From NCBI GenBank assembly GCA_000934665.2, contig KZ538867.1, positions 1 through 43,423 on the forward strand: 43,423 nucleotides of DNA. Reading direction: 5' to 3'. Under the pieces are notes generated by a model that made no database searches, was not told the DNA's origin, and saw only the letters and a program-made list of their open reading frames with translations. The position numbers and the translations under genes were made by a program. Below, piece after piece: positions 11,513 through 22,760 of the stretch (the first letter of the stretch is position 1; each line of letters starts with the position of its first letter). Source of the DNA: Catajapyx aquilonaris. Lineage: Eukaryota.

Positions 11513-12425
11513 ATAATAATGGGCATCTGGATTGGGGTGCAATGAGCTTCTCAAAAATAACTACTTTGGGTGATATTAGTGATAACCAATAATAGCCATG
11601 AACGTGGAACACTCTGTATTTAATGGAGGTTGGTGGTGGAATTAGACGGGGATAATTGTTAAACAATTTCAAACATTGCTGAAACCTTCCTAAGTATATC
11701 AGATGTGAAGGATGCAAATTAAGGTGATAGGGAAGCTGTAAGGTCCCATTTTAAAATCACTAAATGAAGATTTTTGGTGGTGAAGGTGTCTGATGGTGTT
11801 AACTAATACTGTCTCCACTACCATAAGACCAGGATTAATCTCTCTACATCTGCCTTATTCCAGTTCAGGCCAATGTGTTCATCCCCACTGCAATTCAGAT
11901 GAATAGAAGGAAGATTATAAAATCAGTAACATTTACAAAAGAAATAACAGTTTTATTTGACATCCAGTTATGTTCAATATAGTGGTCACTTGTACATTTA
12001 AATTACAGCATAAAAGCACAGAATCTCCATATGGTAACACTATTGCAGGACAAATTTTATTGAGCAAGGGGAAGGGGTGGGAGGTGATTTTGTTAATTCA
12101 CCTCAGACACTGTTAGACCAGGATTAAGCTCATTGGAGATCCCCCACTGTGTGCAATCTGGATTAAGAGCTCTAGTGATGACAAAGTATGAGAAAGTGAG
12201 TTAGAAATGCCGGGTGAGCTTGGATATGATGAGCAATGTGTATATATTGGAATATTTTCAAATTTCACCTGGCTGCAGGAAGTGATTGAAATGTGCAAGG
12301 CCTTCTATCCTATTGACAACACTTTCCAGCAATTTTCTGAAAATTCAGAAGATTTGTTTTTCAGTTTCTGCATTTTTTGATTGCTTCCAGTGGACATTTA
12401 AAATTTGAACATATCTTGCAATTTC

Positions 12426-12715
12426 ACCGAAGCAGGTTGGCATAGTGGATAAGGCGTCCGACTGCTAATCGGGAGGTCCTGGGTTCGAATCCCGGGGCCG
12501 GCAACTCTGACCGTGGTTTTCTGTGGTTTCCCACGGTCCTTCCAGGAAAATTCCGGAGTTGCTTCCGTAATTAATAGGCCACAGCCGCTTCCTTCCGTCC
12601 CTATCATATCCCAAAAAGCGCAGTAAAATGAAAGCAAAGAGTTCCAGGCAAAACAAAACTTCCCCCCTAAAGAGCCGATAGGCTGATAACGGGGTATGAA
12701 TTATTATTAATTATT
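12426..12715 (+). mobile_element. SINE family B, copy 2 (full length)
   Basis: Near-identical to 6684-6955. TSD ATATCTTGCAATTTC (12411-12425, 12716-12730). Confidence 0.92.
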
Positions 12716-13225
12716 ATATCTTGCAATTTCACATTATAATTCTCTTGTAATTGTAGCCTTCCCTTTTTTGAGTTGTCATCTTTTGTACCTTTGGCACCAA
12801 AAATATTAGCTGCCAGAGAAACAGATTCTACTGATTCACTGTATCTTCACCAGCATCCTTGGTGATGAAGTCAAATAGGTCTTATTTTCGATAGATATTT
12901 GACATGTCGCATTTTAACACATTCTAGCCTTGTGCAAGCAATTTTTGAGGTAAAAGTATGTTGTTTTGTAGCACAAGTGTAAGGTTTTCAGAGGAAATTT
13001 TACACATTCTTTTGGGAGTGCCTTCACACTGGAACATTTTTTGTTCTCACTCCAGAAAAGATTGGTCACAGCATGATATGAAAATATAGTGCTGAGTGAT
13101 GTGTGGGTATATTTTTACATTTCCTGTAGAATACCGTGTTTAGCAAATAATGTTGATAAGTATGCAACAATTAGAGTGACTGTTCTTTATTTCCTCCCCC
13201 ACATGCGGTGCAACTGTACATGCAG

Positions 13226-13267
13226 GAGCTCTCTAAGCAGAGGGAGATGATGTACACAGTGGAGCTG
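13226..13267 (+). CDS. BAZ2B: Probable alternative microexon (ELSKQREMMYTVEL)
   Basis: Pyrimidine tract 13181-13200, tgcAG acceptor, GTATGT donor, 42 nt, phase 0-0. Fits in frame between ...LLKEQ and ERERRRQH. Confidence 0.65.
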
Positions 13268-14457
13268 GTATGTTGCAAACCTCACCTGCATCTCTGCATG
13301 TTGTCATGTCCTACAGGTGTTGGATTACCTTCCTTCAACTTCATACTTTGATAATACACTCACAAGCTGTCATCATGCTCATAGGAATCATCTCAGAGGC
13401 TGAGCTGTAGCTGTAACATGTCATTAGGTATCTGAAAGATTGTGCTGTTTACTAATCAAATTTGACTCTACACAAAGTTTATGGTTATTCTGCATCATTA
13501 TTTTCAGTCTTATTAAAATTATGGATATTGAAAATCAGTCTGGGCCAGTAAAGGTGTATTGCATTTGATTGCATTATCATCAGTTCTGTAAGATAGCATG
13601 AAATACTTGTAATGAACTGCCAAGTTTATGTTGTTGATGCCCATAGTCAAGAATACGGAACACTTTGCACAGCTACAAAATGGGACAAATAGAGAATTGT
13701 GTGATGGTTTTGTTACATGTCTCATCACCAGGTATCCTAGCTGTCACCCATTATCAGAAATGTTACATGTTCATAGAGAATAGTTGCAGAAATGAGAAGT
13801 GTCTTTTATGAAGTACATTTTGAAACATTGTTGCTCAGAATGAATTTTGTTCTATAGGAGGAAAAGTCTGACTCATTGCGACTGAATGATACGTGTATTC
13901 CCCATCCAAACGTTCAGTAGGCCAATGCTTCATATAATGTTAGTAATAATGGAGTAAGTTTTGAATACATGGAGCATTCTGTCAGATTTTAATACATAAT
14001 GAGTAAATGATGCATTTGGTGTGTGAGTAAATTTTTACAAATAAAATATGTTTGTTTAAAACTTTTATTTATTTTTGTAATGTTTTGTATTCTTGTAAAG
14101 GTGGGATATAATTGATTAATCACAATGTCTGTCCCACATGACACTTTCTAACATGTGACTTGTCAATATAGGATACGTAAGATTAAGGAATTGGCTGTGT
14201 CAACAGAACTTCTACACCTGTACTTTTCCACTGCTTGCATTGAGAATGAAACTGTTACATGGTTTGCAAGTAAAAGCCAATGTTACCTCTTGGCACTTTA
14301 TTTGAGAATACTTCAGGCACAGTGTGTATGACCAATTGTGCAGTAGGCACAGTGGATTCTCAGGCATTGTTTGCATGAATGCTGATGGGAAATATGGTTG
14401 CTAAGATGAAGTTGGAGAGTGGGTCTGTGGCAGGAAATAAAAAGTCTGTTATTGCAG

Positions 14458-14656
14458 GAACGGGAACGCCGTCGCCAACACATGGTGTTGGTGAAAGCAC
14501 TGGAAGCCCGGAAGAAACAAGAAGAGCGGGAAAGGAAACGAGAAGAGCTTAAAGCAGAGAAACGTGCAATTAAGGAACGCAGATTGGAAAGGAAGAGATT
14601 AGAATTGGAACTCATTCGTGAGATGAAAAAGCCAACTGAAGACATGGAACTTACAG
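14458..14656 (+). CDS. BAZ2B: BAZ2B-like exon (ERERRRQHMVLVKALE...KKPTEDMELT)
   Basis: ttgcAG acceptor, GTGTGT donor (phase 1). The KP.EDM motif precedes the DDT domain in BAZ proteins. Confidence 0.92.
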
Positions 14657-14720
14657 GTGTGTAATATTGTATAATGAGATGGCATATTACTGCAACAGAG
14701 GTTTTTTTCTCCCCTTCCAG

Positions 14721-14840
14721 ATCACAAGCCATTGCCATTGTTGAAACGCATTCTGGGACTAAGGCTGTGTGGGAAGGCATTTGCTGATGTTTTAATGGTG
14801 TTCGAATTTTTACACAATTTTGGGGAAACTCTTGGATTTG
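14721..14840 (+). CDS. BAZ2B: BAZ2B-like exon, start of DDT domain (AFADVLMVFEFLHNFGETLGF)
   Basis: Pyrimidine tract plus cAG, GTAAGA donor. DDT signature sequence. Confidence 0.93.
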
Positions 14841-14912
14841 GTAAGATATTTGCCCAAGTTGATATGAAGAGGATCCCTTCATCATATACTTACAATGCAC
14901 TTTGCATTTTAG

Positions 14913-15170
14913 ATATGGACAGCCTACCCAGCCTTCACAGCTTGCAGATGGCACTCATGAATGATGAAGAAGCTGAGGAAGAGCTCTTGTCAGTCATGAC
15001 ACACTTGGTGGTGTGTGCCATTGAGGATCCAGGCATACCACATCCAGCTCGACACCTCACCATATTGGGTCAGTCTCTGAAACAGGCTGACATAACTCAC
15101 ACCAACCTGTCAGAAATTTTGCGCATTTACCTCCATGCAAATGCAACTGGAGAAGTCAAGGCTCTTACAG
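14913..15170 (+). CDS. BAZ2B: BAZ2B-like exon, DDT domain C-terminal part and linker
   Basis: ttttAG acceptor, GTAAGG donor, phase 1-1. Peptide DMDSLPSLHSLQMAL...SEILRIYL. Confidence 0.9.
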
Positions 15171-15227
15171 GTAAGGCAATGAAAATATGGCGAAAGCTAA
15201 TGATTACAATATACATACTTTGCACAG

Positions 15228-15510
15228 GACTTGGTCTGGAGAGGGAGCGTGATCGTAGTAGGGACTCATCCCATGGCAAGGTCTCGGAATTCCAATTAAA
15301 ATTGGAGGAGAATGCCACTTATCAAATGTCCCTCTGGTTACGTGAAAGGCCATTTTTGGCTCTTAACCCTACACAAAAGGCATCCATTCTGGCATTTTTG
15401 TGCAACGAATTATTGCAAAACAAAGCCGTCCTTAAGCAGATTGATGGTGCAATTGAGACGTTAAATACTGTGCGAAAGGACAAGTGGCTTTTGGAAGGGA
15501 AAATTCGGAA
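15228..15510 (+). CDS. BAZ2B: BAZ2B-like exon, WHIM1 motif (PFLALNPTQKASILAFLCNELL)
   Basis: cacAG acceptor, GTAAGT donor (phase 2). Confidence 0.9.
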
Positions 15511-15578
15511 GTAAGTGTATGTTGAGAAATGTGTGTGTACACTGTGTGTGATGCGTTAATGGCTAATTATGTTTACAG

Positions 15579-15694
15579 GCTCAAAATGCTGCATGCCAGA
15601 AAATTTCGCCATCAAGCTGCATCACAAGAAGATGCTACTGATGCAGCTAATGTGACTGAAGAAAAGAAAGTCAAGAAGGACAAAGATGAGAAAG
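15579..15694 (+). CDS. BAZ2B: BAZ2B-like exon (LKMLHARKFRHQ...KDEK)
   Basis: ttacAG acceptor keeps the frame. The GTAGCA donor is weak but restores frame with the next acceptor (58-nt intron). Confidence 0.75.
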
Positions 15695-15752
15695 GTAGCA
15701 CACATAAGAGCCAGTCTCACAGCAGTGTTTCACAAATATGACTTCTTTGCAG

Positions 15753-15865
15753 AAGAGAAAGAAGATGAGGAGGAGGAAGAAGAGGAGGAGAGGGAGGACG
15801 ATGAGAAAGAAAATGAGAGTGGCAATGAAAGTGAAGGGACTCAAGAAGGAGAAATTCAAGAAGAG
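15753..15865 (+). CDS. BAZ2B: BAZ2B-like acidic exon (EEKEDEEEEEEE...GEIQEE)
   Basis: cttctttgcAG acceptor, GTATGT donor, phase 1-0. Confidence 0.8.
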
Positions 15866-15923
15866 GTATGTTGTAAAATTTAAGTGACAGTCATACTTTG
15901 ATGCTAATTGCACATTGCGACAG

Positions 15924-17496
15924 GAGGAAGATCACAACCTGAACTCTGAAGAACTCCTGAAGAAGGTGGACCGTTTGACAAACCAAAGTGACAATCACAC
16001 TCAGGAGCTGGATACTGCCACACATCAGTTGCGATCACTGTGTATGGGACAAGATCGTTGCCGGCGTCGGTACTGGGTCCTGCCTCATGCAGGCGGAATC
16101 TTTGTGGAGAGTCTGGAATCAGGAGAAATGCCATATGAGAATGAAGATCTTGAAGAGAAGCCAAGAGAGAGTGAGCAGGAAGATGGGGAAGCAAAGAACA
16201 ACATTGCTGACAGTGAGAAAGTGGAAGAAGTTTTGCAAGATGGCAAGGAGAATATCAGTCCAGAAGTGAAAATTGAGGAGCCATCCAAATCAGAAGTCAA
16301 ATTAGAAGAACCACGTGAGAAGGAAATGGCTGAAAGGCCAATGGAGGATGAAAATTCCGCCAAGGCAGAAAGCATGTTAGAGTCACAAGCTTTGGAGAAA
16401 GATGTTATCAAAGATGAGAAGGATGCTGGGAGGGAGGAAAAAGATGCTGCCAAGGAAGACAAGGATGCCGTCAAGGAGGAGAAAGATTCCGTCAAGGAGG
16501 AGAAAGATGCCGTCAAGGAGGAAAAAGATCCCTTCAAGGAGGAAAAAGATCCCTTCAAGGAGGAAAAAGATGCCGTCAAGGAGGAGGAAGATGCTGTCAA
16601 GGAGGATAAGGAGGACATTAAGGAGAGGGATGACCTCAATGAGAGCAAGGATGTTATCAAGGAGGGCAATATCAAGGAAGAGAAAGGAGGAAGGCAGGAT
16701 GGAATGGTGAATGCTGCACCACGAGAAACCAAAACAGAGCACACTGTTGCCAATTTGATGAAGGAAACAAAACGGGAAGTAATCAGCAGTGTTCCAAATA
16801 TGGAGAAGGACTTGTCACCACTGTCTCGCCCACCAATTGTAATTGAGCTGGATAGCAAAGATGACTTGCAGAAAGCTTTAGGTACACTAAAGCATGAAAA
16901 GGAAGATCCATTGCCAAACATAGTGAAATTAAATATTCCAAAGTATGAGCCGTATCAAAAAGTGACTGATGTGATGGGAAAAGAATGGCATTTAGATGGA
17001 ACCAAGCTGTTCCCTCTCTCGTCATCATCAGCTGGGGACAGTAAGGGGAGCAACTTGTTGAATCATTCTGTGTATCCCCAGTCAAATGTGTTTGTGAATG
17101 GTACCCTTGGAAAAGACTACAATGGCAGCCTAGTCAAGTTGGATAACAATTTGACAAATAGTTTTGGTTTGAACTCATTGTACAGTTATGGCATGGTGTA
17201 TTCTCCAAACGAAAAGCCTTGGTTCAGCATTCTACCCCGCACCCCCTGTGATGAGACTTCTGTTACAAGGCCTGCAGGGTCAGGAAGAGTAGGCGAGACT
17301 TCCATTGCCAGTCTTCCTGCCACTTCTACTTCTGCTTCCTTAGTCTCAACACCTGCACATCCAGGAACACGACCCAGCACGCCAGCAATGGACTTAGTCT
17401 CAGCTGATGCTTTGCTTGGACTGCAGTTTGAAGCTTGGCAGAAGGAGATGATGAAGCGGTTACATCAGAGAGTCGATCCACAGCCAATACCTGAGG
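15924..17496 (+). CDS. BAZ2B: BAZ2B-like large exon: WHIM2 motif (MGQDRCRRRYW), acidic repeat, KPWFSILPRTPC motif
   Basis: Lies within the 535-aa ORF. gacAG acceptor, GTGAGT donor (phase 1). Confidence 0.93.
16395..16625 (+). repeat. Coding 21-bp tandem repeat, about 11 units, encoding EKDAVKE-like heptads
   Basis: GAGAAAGATGCCGTCAAGGAG-type units inside the large exon. Confidence 0.92.
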
Positions 17497-18639
17497 GTGA
17501 GTCATTTTGCAGTCTAATGTAATAACTCGGAATACCTTCCCTGCATATCCTCCTGAGACCCAGCGTACAACATATTGGACATGTGGATTTAATTATATAC
17601 TTCCTTGCTATGGAGCAGATAGGAATGTCTCTAACAAGGAAACATCGCGATGTGTGAATAACGAACGTGGCCAAAAATAGCTCAGTCGATAAATCACATG
17701 AATTCACTGGTGAATGCAAAGCGACACACTTCGCAGCCATTTTCGAGATATGAGTGACGACAGATCCGGCGTGCTCAATGCTGTTTAGAGCAGCCGCCTC
17801 GTAATTCACCTGTCCCGCTTGGATTTTTTTTGCTCCTTTCCCTCCCCTAGACTCTCTCTCAAAAAAATGGAGATGATTTTGCATTGAATCCAAATGCAAA
17901 ATCGTCTCCATCTTTTTGAGCGGTAAATGTATGTGAGGGAGGTAGACTATTGTTAGTGCCCGTCTTGTGCAAATTAGTCGCAATTAACTGACGACATACA
18001 CACACAAATTACACGTTACGTACAAATTATGTTTTACATTGGTGCGGTTCAAGCAATCGCTATGTATTTTGTAAAACATTTCCTGCTTTCCACTTTATGC
18101 AGTTTTTCATATTCAGGGGAGGTACAAGCTTCAGGTAGGCTAATTTGTGTCAGTCTGTAAGAGGACAAATCATTGACGAGAAAAACATGTCATGTAGCAA
18201 AATGGGATCCAGTATTTATTGACCAGCTCTTATGTTGAGATAATTTGCAGTAATTAGATTAAAACATGTGCCGAAGGACACTGAAATTCATCACTATGTG
18301 CAGTCAAATACAAAAGTAGGTTAAGAACTTGGCTAGAAAAATTGGGGAGGGGATGGAGAAAAAAAAAAAAAAAAAAGAGCAAGCGTGACCGCTGACCGTG
18401 ACAATGATGACCAGCCATAACTTTGGAGTTTGACATGTACACAGACTTGTGTGTTTGATCTCCTAAACACAAACGTTCACGCCAGCTGTGACACCGCTCC
18501 AGGCACGGATCAAAGACTGGTTTACGGGCAGGCCAGTTGAAGGTCCAAGGGTGGAACGGGCATGGTCTGAGCATCCGGGTCGGAGGGTGGTATGCAGAAT
18601 ACCTTTCCAGTTCCAATCCACTGGTGACACACCAGAACA

Positions 18640-18735
18640 CCCCTGGTACAGTATACTGCACCTTTGTTTTTTCCAGTACCTTCTATCTAACCCAAACGCG
18701 TAAAAAAACAAAGGTACAGTATACTGTACCAGGGG
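18640..18735. repeat. Short inverted repeat, mini-MITE-like
   Basis: CCCCTGGTACAGTATACTGCACCTTTGTTTTTT paired with AAAAAACAAAGGTACAGTATACTGTACCAGGGG. Confidence 0.7.
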
Positions 18736-19645
18736 TCTCAGGAGGGTATGCTGTTTCTCAAAGGTAAAGCCGGTTAAACACGGGGGGCGAAGTCCGAAGT
18801 GATAGGGTGTGGAGAGCAGTATTTTGGTGGCTATGGAAAGCAGTGGTGGTAGATATTAGTTATTGAACAAATTAGCTGGAAATTCGGGTAATAGGGAGAA
18901 AGGGAAAATGGTAAGAAATCAGAGAAATTTCCTAAAGAAAGCATCGCATACAAGTGAATTTATCTTTCAATGTATCGAAATTATGAGAAGTTAAGTTAGC
19001 CTACAGAACAGTTCAAATATTCGACAAGAGTTCAAAGTTGTTATCAATGATTTTAATTTCATTGTTTACCTGTCTTTCCATGTAGAGGGATCAAAATGTG
19101 CACGTCTGGGTGGTCGCGAATTTTACAAGACAATTTTTTGCGGTCGCCAACGGAAACAATTGGGCAGCGCTGATGTAAAACCTTTGCCAATATTGATTGT
19201 TTTTGCTTTTTGGATTTGTTTATTGGTTGTTGTTTTTTACGGAACAGTAAATAGCTAAATAAGTCACATGTGTAGCAGTGCTCTCTAGGCTTTAGCACTC
19301 GAGGTCAGTTTTGATTTTTAAAGGGTCATAGAGCCGCAAAAGGCTAAATTCATGTAATGAAAGTTAGTGTTAGCGGCTAGCCCCTGCTAAATTTCCTAAC
19401 TGTTCAGCGTTAGCAATTTAGCGAAGTCAAAGTCTTCAGTTAGCGGATTAGCTGTTAGCGAAGATAGTTTTTCGGTTAGCTGTGCTCACCACTGCATTTT
19501 GTGAGCTCACTGGGTGGTTAGTCTAGCGCAGTGGTTTTCAAACTGGGGTACGCATGCCCCTGGCGGTACGCGAACACAATTTTGGGGGTATGCGAAAGAT
19601 ATAGTGCAATGGCGTCCAGGCTCTTCATTTGTGGGAACCATAATA

Positions 19646-20411
19646 CAGGTAAAATCTTGTTACAACGAAGCCCGCGGGACCAGGTTAATCTTTTCGTAAT
19701 ACCGGAATTTCATTAAATCGAGATCGGTTATTTTAATTTCCTAAATGCGGTGTGCCTTAGAGGTTACAAAGAAATATCACTTCTGATCTCCCGAATTGTG
19801 AATTAAGAGGGAGATAGGTCAAATAAGTCAAAAATAAATAAATCAAATTATGCCCTGTCCAGAAAAGCAGTCATTTTGGTTTGAACCACGCGTCGGGATT
19901 CACTTGTCATTAGTTGGTTTCAACACCAGCAACGTGATGGAAGATTGCATCCGGGATGTCAACGCGAGTGGTCAAGAAGAGCTTGACTCTTTCCATTGCA
20001 GAAAGTGCATCTCTTCGTGATGCTCTTCCCCCACTTCTTCACCTTCATTGTCACTGTCATCTGAGTCAGGTGTGGGAACCACATCGGTACTTCTTGGTGG
20101 TATGTCCGAATCTGTCAACTCCTGGCACACTTGTACGTCGTCATTTGCCGCTACAAAATCGTGGAAGGTACTTCATCCGGCACGCCGGTGCTTTCAGCGA
20201 CAGACCTAGTGCATATTTTGTTATATCGGGTTCAATACTCGCCCGGGAACTGCCTTTCGTATTCGTTGTACTGAAAATTTCGTAGTAAAGCATTTCATAA
20301 TAAGGGGATTACAAATACATTGCTCTTACGGCTGGCCAACCAAGATTTTATTTTTATTGCGTTCTATTGAAATTTTGTTGTATGGATATTCACTAAAACG
20401 AGATTTTACTG
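19646..20411. mobile_element. pogo/Tigger-like MITE
   Basis: TA-CAGGTAAAATCTTGTTACAACGAA ... AAAACGAGATTTTACTG-TA. Confidence 0.7.
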
Positions 20412-20509
20412 TATTATCATAATATAATTCAACCAGAAGGAGAACCAACTTCTGAGAAAAACACAAGAAATTGTCCTACGTATTCCCATCTTTCTTTTTG
20501 CTATTATTA

Positions 20510-20610
20510 CAGTTGAATCCAGATATAACAGACTTCAATGGACCGAAGAAATCGGTCTGTTATAACCGGAAGTCTGTTACAGTCGAGGCTATTATATCCG
20601 GATTCAACTG
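20510..20610. mobile_element. 101-bp Tigger-like MITE
   Basis: TA-CAGTTGAATCCAGATATAA ... TTATATCCGGATTCAACTG-TA. Confidence 0.8.
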
Positions 20611-21412
20611 TATTATTTTAGGGAAGATTTATTATATGCAGAGGCATTTATTTTTCTGACTGATGCCATTTCCATTCAGCACACGTATTGAAACTCAAGA
20701 AGCAACATGGTATGGTGTTAACTCGAAAATGCCAAAAAGTGGAGTTAAGTCCTTTTCCTAATATTTGGTGACATTTTCCCACCACACTTTGTAACGTTGT
20801 GAAGGATTTGAAAATAAACTCTGGCTGCACAGGCTGATCTACCTGGCCTTAAAAATTTCGAGTCTCAAAGAATGAAACAGAGGGCTTCAAGACATCACCG
20901 CCAATACAGCATTTCATGTGCAAAACACGTAATTATCAAAGGAGAAGGTATTATCGAAAATTCCGGTTTTGGGAATGTTGAGTAAGCTACCTAGTATAGC
21001 AAATTTTCTTGCTTTCCAACACTCCAAGAATTTCAAAGCGGCAGTGGAGGCCCAGTTGAGGTCAGCGTTCAAGTCAACATATTGGAGCACAAAAATCAGC
21101 TGGCGCAATAGTTTATAAATATTAATTTTTAGAGATGGAATCATTTGCATCATGAGTTTGAGATTTCTTTACCCCTCCCGAACATGTCAGAGCAGAATCA
21201 GGTGAAGGTCATCAAAATTTCTACGAATGGAAGTTTGAAATTTGAAATGACCCTTCTGAACTCCTTTGGGCTGAAAAAATGGAAACCTATCTGGGCCTGG
21301 CAACCAGTGATCTGAAGTACTTAATGCCATTTACTAACTGCCTAATTATGTGAAGCTTACGGTATTTTTTGCGTGACATCCATGAAATCAAAGTACCGTC
21401 ATCGACTCTATA

Positions 21413-22161
21413 CAGGGTGTTCCAGAGTTAACGACTCACTCTTTGAAACGCAATTACTTTCGAACGGAACAACATATTTATTTAAAGTACGTACCAAAAC
21501 ATCAAGGGAGGTTGCGAAAATCTTCCATGTAGGTGACAGTACTAAGCAATGCTCAGGTCTTGCAACAAAAAAGGTCGAAGCAAGACTGTCGTTAGAGAAA
21601 CGTGTCCAGTGTGTTCGACTGTATTCAGTGACAAAAAATGTTACAGAAGAGTGCCGTCAAATGGCAAACCTTTTCGGTGGACTGGCTCCTACCTGAAAAA
21701 CTGTTGCGAGGATAAACCAACGGTTTGATGAAACTGGAAGTGTCTTGGATCAAAAGAAACCTGGCAAAGGGAGAACAGTTGTGAATGCAGAAAACAAACA
21801 GCGCATCCGAGATGCACTGGAAAGTTCTCCAGCAAAAGCAAAATCAGTCCAATGCCTGTGGGGTTATCTGAAGGAAAAGGTTTACCACCATCGAATGGGC
21901 TCCTTGGAGCATCTGCGTGACATAATCGCACAGGAATTCAACGCGATTCCTGTTGACTTCTGTCGAAAGGTGTGCGACAACGTCGCCTTGCGATTGCAGG
22001 CCTGCATCGACGTGGAAGGGGGGGTGGTTGACCATACCATGGAGAACAGGTCTTAAGTTAGTATTTCCTTGATGTTTTGGTACGTACATTAAATAAATAT
22101 GTTATTCCGTTCGAAAGTAATTGCGTTTCAAAGAGTGAGTCGTCAACTCTGGAACACCCTG
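21413..22161 (+). mobile_element. Internally deleted Tc1/IS630-like transposon
   Basis: TA TSD, TIRs of about 80 bp. HTH remnant (RFDETGSVLD) fused directly to the C-terminus (LWGYLKEKVY...RLQACIDVEGG), with an in-frame stop near 21694. Confidence 0.9.
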
Positions 22162-22276
22162 TACATAGAGAAAGACTTCAGGCTTAAATTGACGCCACTT
22201 GTGAAAGAAAGATAGCACTAACTGATAAGACAGTGCCCACAATAATTACAATTTTCAGGTAGCCTAACAGATCGGA

Positions 22277-22375
22277 CACGAGATGAAAGGGGGGAATGCC
22301 TGGGCTTCGTATCTAACCCGGGACCCTGCCATCCGTGGGTGCATACGTTACCGCAGCGTCACTCCACCTCCCCCC
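22277..22375 (-). mobile_element. Diverged 5' fragment of SINE family A
   Basis: Aligns by eye to 3386-3478. Confidence 0.75.
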
Positions 22376-22760
22376 ATCCATTTATTTATCCTTCAATTAT
22401 TCTGAGAACTTTGCAAATCATAAGTCTAAACCATCCTTTGGCTCCCTTTATGTGTTGCGGAAAGAGAAGGCCATGCTGGATGGGATGTTAAAAATGTGCC
22501 AGAGGTAGGGGCAGGGCCCAGGGAGAAAAATGTTGAATGTACAGTACAGGAGTTAATGCTTTAATTTTAAAGTGAATATAATAGAGAATGAGTTGCTTGG
22601 ATGGACACAAGGCTCAGGTATGCGAAATGTACACTACAAAGGGTATGAAAGTATGGAAGGACAAATTAGGACATAATCTAATTATTAAAAGTTTCGACTG
22701 ACATTACCATTGTTGTATGTACTAAGGAAGTCAGCTACAGATTATTTAAAAGGCAATTAA

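Larger units (their letters stand above)
19529..22680 (+). mobile_element. Degraded hAT (Buster/Charlie-like) transposon hosting nested inserts
   Basis: CAGTGGTTTTCAAACTGGGGTACG terminus after GTCTAGCG. Dimerization-domain remnant LKYLMPF...TSMKSKYRHRL|IEKDFRLKL is split by the 21413 insert. Right end is approximate. Confidence 0.68.

Noticed and set aside
14172..14230. Coding-looking IRKIKELAVSTELLHL segment
   Set aside because: The available AG gives GAT ACG TAA in the required phase, and there is no convincing in-frame donor.
14313..14954. 213-aa antisense ORF
   Set aside because: Lies opposite real exons and introns, with no recognisable domain.
16085..16921. 278-aa antisense ORF and overlapping alternative-frame ORFs
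   Set aside because: Shadows of the purine-rich repeat exon, giving a low-complexity Ser-rich translation.
18841..19494. Possible hAT element with CAGTGGTG ends
   Set aside because: Only 8 bp of TIR match and there is no 8-bp TSD. Probably TE-derived, but the boundaries are unsupported.
21745..22056. Functional or domesticated transposase ORF
   Set aside because: Catalytic core is deleted and there is an upstream in-frame stop.
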